In this document: piece by piece, positions 8,442 through 19,669 of the stretch | Position numbering within the stretch: position 1 is the stretch's first letter | Layout of the letters: every line of letters starts with the position of its first letter | Assembly: GCA_965208435.1 (NCBI GenBank) | Contig: OZ242337.1 | Location: 1,516,180-1,580,179, forward strand | Length of the DNA stretch: 64,000 nucleotides | Source of the DNA: Candidatus Aldehydirespiratoraceae bacterium | GTDB taxonomy: Bacteria > Actinomycetota > Acidimicrobiia > Acidimicrobiales > Aldehydirespiratoraceae | Direction of reading: 5' to 3' | Program-made: the position numbers and the translations under genes | Notes under the pieces: model-generated | What the model was told of the DNA's origin: nothing | What the model saw: only the letters and a program-made list of their open reading frames with translations | The model's database searches: none

Positions 8442-10574
8442 ATGGAGGCGATTCGCACGGGCCGACGCGGCGGTGCCCGCCGGACGCGGATCGGCGCTGA
8501 CGTCGGGGGCACGTTCACCGACATCGTCGTCCAGACCGCTGACGGCGCGCTCCACTCCACCAAGGTCCTGACCACCTACGATGCCCCTGAGCAGGGGATA
8601 CTCGCCGGCATCGAGCAGCTGAGCCGGGCCACGGGCACAGATCTCGGAGAGGTCGACCAGATCATCCACGGCACCACGCTGGCCACCAACGCCCTCATCG
8701 AGCGACGCGGGGCCAAGACTGCTCTGGTGACCACTGCGGGGTTCCGCGACGTGATCGAGACCGGCACCGAGAGCCGTTTCGAGCAGTACGACCTCAACAT
8801 CGTGCTGCCGGAGCCACTCATCGAGCGCAAGGACCGCTACGTCGTCACCGAACGGCTCAACGCCCGCGGCGAGGTTCTCGTAGATTTCGACGACGACGGC
8901 GCAAGGTCGCTGGTCGAACATCTCGGCGAGCAGGGTTACGAGTCCGTAGCCGTCGGTTTTCTCCACAGCTACCGCAACGGGGGCCACGAGCAGCGCTTCC
9001 GCAGCCTGTTGAAGGAGGCGTTGAGCGATGTCTCGGTGTCGATCAGCAGCGAGGTCTCCCCGCAGATGCGCGAGTACGAACGCTTCAACACCGTGTGTGC
9101 CAACGCCTACGTGCAACCGTTGATGGCGTCGTACCTGTTGGCGCTGCGCGACCAGCTCGGCACTGTCGGTGTCGACTGCCCGCTGTATCTGATCCATTCC
9201 GGCGGCGGCCTGATGAGCGTCGAGAGCGCTGCGGAGTTTCCGGTGCGGCTGATCGAGTCGGGGCCGGCGGGCGGCGCGATCTTCGCTGCTGATCTCGCCG
9301 CCCGCTACGGGCGCGACCGGGTCCTCTCCTATGACATGGGCGGGACCACCGCCAAGATCTCCCTGATCGAGGATTTCACTCCCCGCACCGCGAAGGTGTT
9401 CGAGGTCGACCGCCGCTCCCGGTTCAAGAAGGGCAGCGGGATGCCCGTCTCCATCCCGGTCATCGAGATGATCGAGATCGGCGCAGGCGGCGGCTCGATC
9501 GCCCGGGTCGACGCCTTGGGGCAGATTCGGGTGGGTCCGCACAGTAGCGGCAGCGATCCGGGACCGGCCGCCTATAACCGCGGCGGCACGGACCCGACCG
9601 TCACGGACGCCAACCTTGCTCTCGGTCGCCTTCATCCCGAAACTTTCGGAGCTGCCGACATCGACCTCAAGCCCGAACTGGCCACCGATGCTCTCTCTTC
9701 GGGTGTCGGCGATCCTCTGGGATTGGACCCCGACACCGCGGCTGTCGGCATCTCTGAGGTCGTCGACGAGAACATGGCCAACGCGGCCCGAGTCCATGCG
9801 GTGGAGGGAGGGCGCGACCTGGCCGGGTTCACGATGATCGCTTTCGGCGGCGGCGCTCCTCTGCATGCTTCCCGACTGATCGACAAGCTCGGCCTCACCG
9901 AACTGATCGTTCCCAGCGGTGCAGGAGTCGGGTCCGCCATCGGCTTCTTGCGGGCTCCTTTCGCGTATGAGGCGATCCGCAGCTTCTACACGACCACCGA
10001 CGACTTCGACTATGTGGGCGCCAACGCGCTGCTCGCCGAGTTGACGTCGGAGGCCGAGTCGTTCGTGCGGATGGGCACCGCCACGGACTCGTCGGGTGAA
10101 CCTGAGACCATCGTTGAGCGTCAGGTGTCGATGCGTTACGCGGGGCAGGGCTGGGAGATCCCGGTTCGTCTCGAAGACGGTGACTTCGACGAGTTCGCTG
10201 CGGAACTGTTGGCGGCCGAGTTCACCAAGGCGTACCTGGAGTTCTTCGGCCGGGCCATCGACGATCTGACGATCGAGGCGGTCAGTTGGGCGGTGCGGGT
10301 CTCGTCACGCCAGGAGCCGCCTCCGCTGGTCGAGACGGTCGAGCCGACCTCCACTGCTGTGTCGGAGTTCAGCCGGGAGGTGTACGACCCCGCACTGGAC
10401 GCGCGCGTCCCCGCCGGGCTCTATCAGCGCTCGGAGCTCACCCCCGGAGATCTCGTGGCCGGTCCTGCACTGATCGTCGAGTCCCAGACGACCACCGTGC
10501 TCGGCTCGCATCACCGTTGTGTTGTCCAACCCGATGACTCTCTGCGCATCACCCGAGCCGGAGGCGGGCCATGA
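8442..10574 (+). CDS. hyuA: Hydantoinase/oxoprolinase family protein, A subunit
   Basis: IGADVGGTFTD N-terminus, 710 aa, ATGA-coupled to the B subunit. Confidence 0.85.
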   Translation: MEAIRTGRRGGARRTRIGADVGGTFTDIVVQTADGALHSTKVLTTYDAPEQGILAGIEQLSRATGTDLGEVDQIIHGTTLATNALIERRGAKTALVTTAGFRDVIETGTESRFEQYDLNIVLPEPLIERKDRYVVTERLNARGEVLVDFDDDGARSLVEHLGEQGYESVAVGFLHSYRNGGHEQRFRSLLKEALSDVSVSISSEVSPQMREYERFNTVCANAYVQPLMASYLLALRDQLGTVGVDCPLYLIHSGGGLMSVESAAEFPVRLIESGPAGGAIFAADLAARYGRDRVLSYDMGGTTAKISLIEDFTPRTAKVFEVDRRSRFKKGSGMPVSIPVIEMIEIGAGGGSIARVDALGQIRVGPHSSGSDPGPAAYNRGGTDPTVTDANLALGRLHPETFGAADIDLKPELATDALSSGVGDPLGLDPDTAAVGISEVVDENMANAARVHAVEGGRDLAGFTMIAFGGGAPLHASRLIDKLGLTELIVPSGAGVGSAIGFLRAPFAYEAIRSFYTTTDDFDYVGANALLAELTSEAESFVRMGTATDSSGEPETIVERQVSMRYAGQGWEIPVRLEDGDFDEFAAELLAAEFTKAYLEFFGRAIDDLTIEAVSWAVRVSSRQEPPPLVETVEPTSTAVSEFSREVYDPALDARVPAGLYQRSELTPGDLVAGPALIVESQTTTVLGSHHRCVVQPDDSLRITRAGGGP

Positions 10575-12184
10575 GGACCGCGGACCTTCGCAACCAGGTC
10601 ATGTGGAACCGCCTGATCTCGGTCGTCGAGGAACAGGCGCTGACCCTCGTTCGCACCGCTTTCAGCACCTCGGTCCGCGAGGCCGGCGACCTCTCAGCCG
10701 GCGTGTTCGACACCAGGGGGCGCATGATCGCCCAAGCGGTGACCGGCACGCCCGGACATGTCAACACCATGGCTGCGGCACTCGGCCATTTCATCAACGA
10801 CATCGGCCCCGAGCGCATCTTCGAGGGCGACGTCTACATCACCAACGACCCCTGGAAGGGCACCGGGCACCTGCACGACATCACCGTCGCCACGCCGGTC
10901 TTCTACAACAGCGTCCACGTGGGGTTCTTCGCCTCGACCGCTCATGTGGTCGACATCGGTGGCCGCGGCTACGGCCCAGAGGCCAGGGAGGTCTACGAGG
11001 AGGGGATCCGGATCCCCATCCTGAAGTGGGTGGAACGCGGCAAGCTCAACCGCGACCTCGTCACCGTGGTCGCCCAGAACGTCCGGGAGTCCGACCAGGT
11101 CGTGGGCGACATCTTCGGGCTGGCCGCCTGCAACGAATCCGGCAGACGGCGGCTCTGCGCCATGTGCGACGAGTTCGGGCTCAGCGACCTGAACGATCTC
11201 GCCGAGTTCGTGTTCGACCGCACCCGAAAGGCCACGATGGCAGCGCTCAGGTCGGTGCCCGAGGGTGTCTACACCAACGAGATGACCGTCGACGGATACG
11301 ATCACACGCTCACGCTGTGCGTCACGGTCACCGTTGCCGCCGACGGCATGCACGCCGACTTCACCGGCACCTCGCCGCTGTCCAAGTTCGGGGTCAACGT
11401 GCCCCTCACCTACGCCCAGGCCTATTTCACCTACGGGATGCTCGTGGCGCTGGCGCCTGAGCTTCCCAACAACTTCGCCTCTCTGGAGCCGTTCACGGTG
11501 AGCGCACCGCCGGGGGTGATCCTCAACGCCCAGCATCCCGACCCGGTGGCCGTCCGCCATGTGATCGGCCACTTCGTGACCGACCTGTGCCTCGGCGCCG
11601 TCGCTCCTGCCCTCCCTGACCGCATACCGGCCGAGGGGTCCGGTGCGCTGTGGAACTTTCAGGCGAGTGCCCGTGCCGCCAGCGCTGATGATCCCAAGCC
11701 GCCCGTGGAGCTGTTGATGTTCAACAGCGGCGGCAGCGGTGCCCGCCCCGGCCTCGACGGAATGACCGCGACCGCCTTCCCGTCGGGTGTGCGCACCATG
11801 TCGGTTGAAGCGACCGAGCAGGTCGGGCCGATCATCATCTGGCGCAAGGAGATCCGCAACGACAGCGGCGGTGCAGGTAGACAACGCGGCGGTCTCGGCC
11901 AGATCATCGAGGTCGGGCCGACCGACGGCTACCTCTTCGAGTTCTCGGCGATGTTCGACCGGGTCGCCAACCCGGCCAGGGGCCGCGGGGGCGGCAGCGA
12001 CGGAGCCGGCGGCGCGGTGTACCTCGACGACGGCAGCCCCTTCCCGACCAAGGGCAAGGAGACCGTTCCCGCCGACCGCCGCCTGATCCTCGAGCTGCCC
12101 GGGGGCGGCGGCTTCGGCGACCCCGCCGAACGAGACCCCGCCGCGGTCGCGAACGACCAGCTCCAAGGATACGTCACTGCCTGA
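10571..12184 (+). CDS. hyuB: Hydantoinase B/oxoprolinase family protein
   Basis: 537 aa. Typical hydantoinase_B stretches (SVREAGDLSAGVFD, ITNDPW.GTGHLHD). Confidence 0.85.
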   Translation: MRTADLRNQVMWNRLISVVEEQALTLVRTAFSTSVREAGDLSAGVFDTRGRMIAQAVTGTPGHVNTMAAALGHFINDIGPERIFEGDVYITNDPWKGTGHLHDITVATPVFYNSVHVGFFASTAHVVDIGGRGYGPEAREVYEEGIRIPILKWVERGKLNRDLVTVVAQNVRESDQVVGDIFGLAACNESGRRRLCAMCDEFGLSDLNDLAEFVFDRTRKATMAALRSVPEGVYTNEMTVDGYDHTLTLCVTVTVAADGMHADFTGTSPLSKFGVNVPLTYAQAYFTYGMLVALAPELPNNFASLEPFTVSAPPGVILNAQHPDPVAVRHVIGHFVTDLCLGAVAPALPDRIPAEGSGALWNFQASARAASADDPKPPVELLMFNSGGSGARPGLDGMTATAFPSGVRTMSVEATEQVGPIIIWRKEIRNDSGGAGRQRGGLGQIIEVGPTDGYLFEFSAMFDRVANPARGRGGGSDGAGGAVYLDDGSPFPTKGKETVPADRRLILELPGGGGFGDPAERDPAAVANDQLQGYVTA

Positions 12185-12266
12185 GCCAGCAGTGGCGTGC
12201 TCGACCTGAGCCGCATGCAGAGCAGGAACTGAGCCGCTTCAGCGACGGACCCGTATCCTCGGATGC

Positions 12267-12956
12267 ATGCTTGATTCTGTGACCACGGCCGAGGGCCTCA
12301 CTGTCGTCCATCTGTTCTGCAAACGCACTGCTGCCGCTGACGACGGCACGATCGTTGCCGCAGTCGAGGCGGCGCAGGCAGCCGGGGTCCAGGTGGTGAC
12401 CGTGGCCGTGCTCGGTCACAAGGCGGAACTGTGTTTCATGGCGCTCCACCGCGAGGGCTGGCCGCTGCGGGACCTGCAGACCGGCCTCGTGAAAGCGGGC
12501 CTGGAGGTGGTGGACAGCTTCGTGTCGATAACCGAACTCTCCGAATACGCCTTGGGACTCGGCGAAGAGATGAAGAACATGCGTCTCTACCCGGAACTGC
12601 CGCCTGCAGGAAAGTCCGCCTGGTGCTTCTACCCGATGACCAAACGGCGCAACGAGAACCAGAACTGGTATCGCTTGACGTTCGATGAACGCAAGGAGCT
12701 CATGTACGAGCACGGCGCCTCGGGGCGCAAGTTCGCGGGCCGCATCGTGCAGTTGATCACGGCATCCACCGGGCTCGACGATTGGGAATGGGGAGTCACG
12801 TTGTTCGGGACCAACCTCGACGACCTGAAAGACACTGTGTACACGATGCGCTACGACACCGCCTCGGCCATCTACGCCGAGTTCGGGCCGTTCTACACCG
12901 GACTGGTCGGGCCCGTCAGCGAAATAGTCGAACGCACCCGCTGTCCCAGTTCCTAG
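12267..12956 (+). CDS. hemQ: Coproheme decarboxylase (chlorite dismutase family, HemQ/ChdC)
   Basis: WCFYPM.KRR....NWY.L....R..LM.EHG..GRK..G...Q...AS.GLDDWEWGV.LF pattern. Confidence 0.85.
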   Translation: MLDSVTTAEGLTVVHLFCKRTAAADDGTIVAAVEAAQAAGVQVVTVAVLGHKAELCFMALHREGWPLRDLQTGLVKAGLEVVDSFVSITELSEYALGLGEEMKNMRLYPELPPAGKSAWCFYPMTKRRNENQNWYRLTFDERKELMYEHGASGRKFAGRIVQLITASTGLDDWEWGVTLFGTNLDDLKDTVYTMRYDTASAIYAEFGPFYTGLVGPVSEIVERTRCPSS

Positions 12957-12984
12957 GACCCCAGCGGCTAACAAGACTCTCCCA

Positions 12985-13911
12985 GTGCACCCGGACCCTA
13001 CAGAACGGCAACCATTTGTCGAGATTGATGTCAGCTCGTGGCCTGTCACAAAGGAGGAGGACCTCGGGACAAAGCCGAAGCGCTGGTTGACCAAGACTGA
13101 CACGGGCGAGAGTTGGCTGATGAAGGACGCCACGTTCAGCGAATCACAAGTCGGCACAAGCTACCGAAAGGGAGACGACTGGGCGGAACAAGTCGCTTGC
13201 GGCGTGGCTCAAACTATGGGCTTGCCGGTAGCGGAAGTGGAGTTGGCCGTGATCGATCGAGTAGGCGAGGAACCCATTTTCGGCACGGTGTGCCGATCTG
13301 TGCTCCAAGATCACGAGACTCTCATCAACGGCGACGAGTTGATGGCAGAACGCGGCATACGTGTCTCGCAACATCGCAGAGAGAGTTACACCATAGAAGC
13401 AGTCTTCAAAGCCTTGGAAGACGTGGAACCGCCCTCTTCGTTCACGAGTGATGTCACCGCATGGACAGTGTTCACCGGATACCTCACCTTGGACGCATTG
13501 ATCGGCAACACTGATCGACACGAAGAGAACTGGAGCGCAGTGAAACCAGCCAAGGCCGAATCACGACGCCGCCTCTCGCCTACATTCGATCACGCGTCGA
13601 GTATGGGGTTTCTGTTGAGCGACGAGGACAGACGACAGCGGCTGACGACGAACGACGGCTATCGCACTCCCGAGGGCTTTGCGGACCGTGCCAGAACAAC
13701 GTATGCCACAAAACCTCATCCGATTGAAGCGCTGAACGACGCTCTTGCTCTCGGCGGAGAGCCCAACCTTGACCGCTGGCTCGGGCACATCCATCATGTG
13801 GACCAGTTGCTTGAACCAATCTGGGCGATCCCTGATCACAGGATGTCGCCACCGGCTCGAGACTTCGCTGAGCGGGTACTTCGGCACAACTGGTCCAAGT
13901 TGACTGCTTGA
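12985..13911 (+). CDS. HipA-homologous Ser/Thr kinase (kinase core only, no HipA N-terminal domain)
   Basis: GTKPKRW..., LIGNTDRHEENWS catalytic loop and LSPTFDHASS motifs. GTG start. Local GC is lower than the flanks. Confidence 0.7.
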   Translation: MHPDPTERQPFVEIDVSSWPVTKEEDLGTKPKRWLTKTDTGESWLMKDATFSESQVGTSYRKGDDWAEQVACGVAQTMGLPVAEVELAVIDRVGEEPIFGTVCRSVLQDHETLINGDELMAERGIRVSQHRRESYTIEAVFKALEDVEPPSSFTSDVTAWTVFTGYLTLDALIGNTDRHEENWSAVKPAKAESRRRLSPTFDHASSMGFLLSDEDRRQRLTTNDGYRTPEGFADRARTTYATKPHPIEALNDALALGGEPNLDRWLGHIHHVDQLLEPIWAIPDHRMSPPARDFAERVLRHNWSKLTA

Positions 13912-13968
13912 ATCTGGCTAGGCTTTGTCTATTCCCCCTGTCATACCCCATCGTTAGAGTCGAATCAC

Positions 13969-14715
13969 ATGAGCGAGCAGCACTTATTCGTCACATGGCG
14001 CCACCCTGAGGGTCTGATCCATCCCGTGGGTCGTCTCACCCGGCGCGCCTGTGAGGGGTCTCAATCATTCCAGTTCGTCTACTTCAAGAACGCGGAGCAC
14101 TTGACGGAGGAAGGGTTCCCACTCCTGCCGGGCCTACCCGAACTCCACCGAGTCTACGAGGCTGAAGAACTGTTCCCCGTTTTCCGCAAGCGACAGATGC
14201 CTCGTCAGCGCCCCGACTACGGTGAGTACTTGGAGAAGCTAGGTCTCGACCTGGAGACTGATCCCTTCGAGGTCATGGCCCGCAATGAGGGACGGAAGCT
14301 GACCGACCGAATCGAGGTGTTCGCCCCGCCGGTCCGTACGAGCAGCGGTGAACTCACCACACTGTTCTTTGCGAGAGGTATCCGCCACCGAGACGGAGCT
14401 TCGGACGCCGTGGCACACCTGAACGTCGGCGATCATCTCGTACTCGTCGATGACCCCGACAACGAGGTCAACGGTCTTGCCGTCTACATCGACACTGCGC
14501 GCGGCGCGCCGATCGGCTGGGTCCCGAACTACTTGGTCAACACGGTTCACGATCTTCGTGAACTCGCTGGTGACAACGCTGTGACCATCACCGTTGAACA
14601 TGTCAACCCTCCTGAGGTTGCACCATACATGCGCCTGATCTGCCGTTTGTCCTCTCCTTGGCCCGATGGCTACCAACCCTTCTCAGACCCCGAGTTTCAA
14701 CCCATCACTTCGTAA
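13969..14715 (+). CDS. Two-domain protein: HipS/HipA-N-terminal-like region + HIRAN domain
   Basis: The N-terminal 120 aa follow the HipA_N pattern (VG.L......F.Y........PLLPGLP......LFPVFR...P). The C-terminus matches HIRAN (L.VGDHLVLVDDPDNEVNGLAVYI....GAPIGWVPNYL). Confidence 0.55.
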   Translation: MSEQHLFVTWRHPEGLIHPVGRLTRRACEGSQSFQFVYFKNAEHLTEEGFPLLPGLPELHRVYEAEELFPVFRKRQMPRQRPDYGEYLEKLGLDLETDPFEVMARNEGRKLTDRIEVFAPPVRTSSGELTTLFFARGIRHRDGASDAVAHLNVGDHLVLVDDPDNEVNGLAVYIDTARGAPIGWVPNYLVNTVHDLRELAGDNAVTITVEHVNPPEVAPYMRLICRLSSPWPDGYQPFSDPEFQPITS

Positions 14716-14783
14716 CCGCACGATGGCGCAAACCGAGCGTTTATCCTCGATCATGTGGTGTCGAGGGACCGCAACCGGGTCGG

Positions 14784-15581
14784 TCAGGCGTCGACGTAGA
14801 CGGTGAGGGATCCGCCCCGCGCGAAACCTGCGAGTTGCATACCGGCCCGCTCGGCTGTGGCAACGGCCAACGCGGTCGGGGCGCTCACAGCGACCAGGGC
14901 TCGAAAACCCGCAGCCCAGGCCTTGTGGACCAGCTCGAAACTGGCTCGTCCGCTCACCACCACCGCGGAGCCGCCGGCGGGTATCTGCCCGTCGAACAGC
15001 AGACGGCCGACCATCTTGTCGACAGCGTTGTGTCGTCCGATGTCCTCGCGGGTGGTTGTGACCGTGCCGTCGGGGTTGACCACCCCCGCCGCGTGGACTG
15101 CTCCCGTCTCGCTGAACAGAGTCTGGTCCTTGAGCATCGCATCGGGAGCACCGGCAAGAACCTGCCAGTCCAGCGCTGGTCCTGTGACGGGGTCGAGCCT
15201 GTCGGCCAACTGGTCGATCTCGTCGGTGCCGCAGAACCCGCAAGACGAGGTCGTGGCGGTGAGCCGCGGCACCGGGACGGGTGCCTTTCCTCCCGTCGAG
15301 ACGCTCACGACGTTGAACTCGCTGGCCAGCGCCGATTCGGTCTCGCAGTACTTGACGGTCAGCACGGGGTGGCCGTCGAGCAGCCCCTCGGTGTGACAGA
15401 ACCCGGCTGCCAACTCGAAGTCATGGCCTGGCGTGCGCATGGTCGTTGCCACACGGACACCGTCGAGCTCGATCGCCATCGGTTCCTCGGTGGCCAACTC
15501 CGCGTTCGACCGCCCACTGCCTGGCTGTTGAGGCGACCAGGGCCTGACCAGCCGATGCTGACTGCGCGAGCGAGCACTCAC
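14784..15581 (-). CDS. fdhD: Formate dehydrogenase accessory sulfurtransferase
   Basis: TMRTPGHDFELAAGF..TEG, SSCGFCG and GRHNAVDK motifs. Confidence 0.85.
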   Translation of the reverse strand: MSARSRSQHRLVRPWSPQQPGSGRSNAELATEEPMAIELDGVRVATTMRTPGHDFELAAGFCHTEGLLDGHPVLTVKYCETESALASEFNVVSVSTGGKAPVPVPRLTATTSSCGFCGTDEIDQLADRLDPVTGPALDWQVLAGAPDAMLKDQTLFSETGAVHAAGVVNPDGTVTTTREDIGRHNAVDKMVGRLLFDGQIPAGGSAVVVSGRASFELVHKAWAAGFRALVAVSAPTALAVATAERAGMQLAGFARGGSLTVYVDA

Positions 15582-15672
15582 AACTCCACACTACCGACCG
15601 CTCTGCCACGAGCCAGCAGAGACACTGATCGACGCCGTGCGGTGGGTTCGTTCAGCAAGAACCCAGGCGGGG

Positions 15673-16191
15673 TCAGGCCCAGGCACCGCGGCGGTCGTCG
15701 ACGCGGGTCAGGTCCGCCCGCAGATGATGCGTGAGCGGCTGGCCCATGGCAGCCATCCACATTTCCGAGACCAGCTTGTCTCCAGAAACCTCGAGACGGC
15801 GCCGGACTTCGGTGATGGGTTTGGCCGTTCGCGTCCCCTCCACCCGTTCGGTGCGAAGATCAACGACGAGGGAACCGTCGGTTTCGGTCACCGAGCCGGC
15901 ATGGATCTCCACCACTCCCGTCGGTTGCGTCAGCACCAGTTCCATGCGCGATCGGGGCTGCGGCCGGAGATAGCCGACCTCGGAGTGCAGGGGTGCGTCG
16001 CTGAGCGGGTCGCGGGTGCGCTGGGTCATGGCCAAGAACGGCTTCCCGATGTGGGAGAACTCAAGGTCTTCAAGGTACGAGAAGTCGGGGACGGTCGGGT
16101 AGTGACCGTCCCCAGTACCTCGCCAAACACCGACCAACGGGGCCAGCGCCTCGCAAACCGAATGCAGTTCAGCCCCGATCATCGACAACAA
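15673..16191 (-). CDS. Nitrobindin / FABP-like heme-binding beta-barrel (DUF1794)
   Basis: LAPLVGVWRG.G.G.YPT...F.Y.E...F.H.GKPFL pattern, 172 aa. Confidence 0.75.
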   Translation of the reverse strand: MLSMIGAELHSVCEALAPLVGVWRGTGDGHYPTVPDFSYLEDLEFSHIGKPFLAMTQRTRDPLSDAPLHSEVGYLRPQPRSRMELVLTQPTGVVEIHAGSVTETDGSLVVDLRTERVEGTRTAKPITEVRRRLEVSGDKLVSEMWMAAMGQPLTHHLRADLTRVDDRRGAWA

Positions 16192-16211
16192 CTTATCCCC
16201 GGGGTCGGGGA

Positions 16212-17895
<1,684 letters not shown>

Positions 17896-17939
17896 TTCAA
17901 TCTGGGGGACGCCGAAATCGCAACTACCGAGGGGGCGAT

Positions 17940-18215
17940 TTATCCGCCTGCTACGGCAGGAACGATGCTCAGCGTTTCTCCTGCCGGCACCGCAGTGGAG
18001 AGTCCGTTGAGGAACCGGACATCGTCATCGCTCACGAACAGGTTCACGAAGCGGCGCAGTTCGCCCGCATCGTCGAGGATTCGCTCCTTGAACCCCGGAT
18101 GCGAGCTTTCGAGACTGTCGAGCACCGCCGCCACGGTTTCGCCTTCAACCGAAATCTCGGATTCGCCCGCGGTCAGGGCTCGGAGTGTGGCTGGGACTCG
18201 AACGGTGACGCTCAT
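17940..18215 (-). CDS. MoaD/ThiS/CysO-family sulfur carrier protein
   Basis: About 91 aa from MSVTVRVP..., ending in a C-terminal ...AVAGG diglycine. Confidence 0.75.
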   Translation of the reverse strand: MSVTVRVPATLRALTAGESEISVEGETVAAVLDSLESSHPGFKERILDDAGELRRFVNLFVSDDDVRFLNGLSTAVPAGETLSIVPAVAGG

Positions 18216-18271
18216 GGTGTTGTGTCTTCCTCGCATCTCGGCATTTCTCGGGGTGTCTGCACGCCCGAGAC

Positions 18272-18300
18272 CAATTCCCGACCGAGGCTATCGGGAATTG
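18272..18300. promoter_or_regulatory. 10 bp perfect inverted repeat with 9 nt spacer in a divergent intergenic region
   Basis: caattcccga-N9-tcgggaattg read directly, between the moaD-like gene and the small membrane ORF. Confidence 0.3.
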
Positions 18301-18355
18301 ATTCTGATTGCGCGTGCATCGGGCGCTTCGACCATCGGTGAAGTACGCTGGTCCC

Positions 18356-18550
18356 ATGAACAAATCGACTAAATCGAGTCGGATGCCGTTCCCTGCGGTC
18401 GTCGTGATCGCGGCGCTGGCCGTTTTCGGCGCGGTCACACTTGTCCAGTGGTTGGTCGGCTCGCTCGCGGGGATCCTCAAGTTCGGTCTGTTCTTGGTGA
18501 TCATCGTGGCAATCGGCAGCTGGGTCGTCAGCGCCAAGGGCAAGCGCTGA
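18356..18550 (+). CDS. Small 2-TM membrane protein (hypothetical)
   Basis: 64 aa from MNKST.. with two hydrophobic helices. Its 3-prime end overlaps glxK convergently. Confidence 0.35.
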   Translation: MNKSTKSSRMPFPAVVVIAALAVFGAVTLVQWLVGSLAGILKFGLFLVIIVAIGSWVVSAKGKR

Positions 18551-19523
18551 GCCACTCACGGGCTGCCGTCTCCACACAGCCGAGCGTGTCGTTGAGAGCG
18601 CGTTCCTCGCCATAGGTCGCTGTCAGGTCCACTGTCGGGATCATGTCGGCGACATCGTCGGTCGCCTGCCCGACGATGGCCACGACCGGCACATCGGCAT
18701 GTCGCGCCAGTTCCGCAACACCTCCCACGACCTTTCCCTCAAACGATGTGGCGTCGAGGCGACCCTCTCCGGTGATCACCAGGTCAATGTCCTCCATCAA
18801 CTCGTAGAGGCCTACGGAGTCAGCAATCAACTCGAAACCGTCGCACAGGTCTGCGCCGACCGCGAACAGTCCGCCGCCGAGACCACCGGCTGCGCCACTC
18901 CTCGGCACATCGGTCACGTCGACGCCGTGCTCGGATCGATAGACCTGAGCCAACCGGGCGAGGCGTCCCGCCAGCAATGCGACCTCTGCCTCAGACGCCC
19001 CCTTCTGTGGACCGAACACTCCCGCCGCGTCGAGGAACTTGGTCCTCACATCGGCCGCAACCTCGATATCGACCCCGCGATACCGGGCCAGCGGCGCCAT
19101 CGCCTCCAGCGCACCCAGGCCGCCGTCAGTGGTCGCCGATCCTCCCAACCCGACAATGATCTTGTTTGCGCCGCAGTCGGCAGCTGTCGAGATCAACTCA
19201 CCGGTGCCCGCGGTTGTGGCTTGGACCGCATCGTTGAATTCCGACCCGCCCACCAGACTCAAACCCGACGCCCGAGCCATCTCGATGACCGCGAGTTTGG
19301 AGTCGAGACGCCATTCGGCCTGCACAATTGAGTGGTCGGGTCCAGTGACGGGGGTCGTCCGGTTCGCACCGCCGAACGCTTCGAGGGTGCCTTCGCCTCC
19401 GTCAGCCATGGGCTGGACGACACAGTCCCAGCCTTGATGTGAAGCCGCTGCGGCGACTGCGGCTGCTACGTCGGTGGCGCTCGCGGTTCCACGGAACTTG
19501 TCGGGGCAGGCGAGAACACGCAC
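18528..19523 (-). CDS. glxK: Glycerate kinase
   Basis: MRVLACPDKFRGT.SA, ..ADGGEGT.. and GEGRLD motifs. Confidence 0.85.
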   Translation of the reverse strand: MRVLACPDKFRGTASATDVAAAVAAAASHQGWDCVVQPMADGGEGTLEAFGGANRTTPVTGPDHSIVQAEWRLDSKLAVIEMARASGLSLVGGSEFNDAVQATTAGTGELISTAADCGANKIIVGLGGSATTDGGLGALEAMAPLARYRGVDIEVAADVRTKFLDAAGVFGPQKGASEAEVALLAGRLARLAQVYRSEHGVDVTDVPRSGAAGGLGGGLFAVGADLCDGFELIADSVGLYELMEDIDLVITGEGRLDATSFEGKVVGGVAELARHADVPVVAIVGQATDDVADMIPTVDLTATYGEERALNDTLGCVETAAREWLSACPWR

Positions 19524-19669
19524 AACCCAGTTTGACCCATCGTCTGTGGGCGCGCCTCGTCCAGCGGGTTCCGCCGTTCAGCGAGTCGTGCCTGGCGTCA
19601 GCCGAGGTCAGCCGCCATCGGCAGGGGTCCGCTGGTGGTCAGCCCACACCAGCAGGCGTCCGCGGGTGG

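Noticed and set aside
8235-9866. Long antisense or out-of-frame ORFs inside well-supported genes. Examples: 8235..9866 -, 10694..12166 -, 12174..13157 -, 5527..6588 +, 54909..56915 +, 50284..51381 +, 47175..48122 +, 47557..48705 +, 7307..8257 +.
   Set aside because: These are typical high-GC artefacts. Their translations are Arg/Pro/Gly/Ala-rich low-complexity sequence with no motifs. Each overlaps a gene on the other strand or frame that has clear family signatures.
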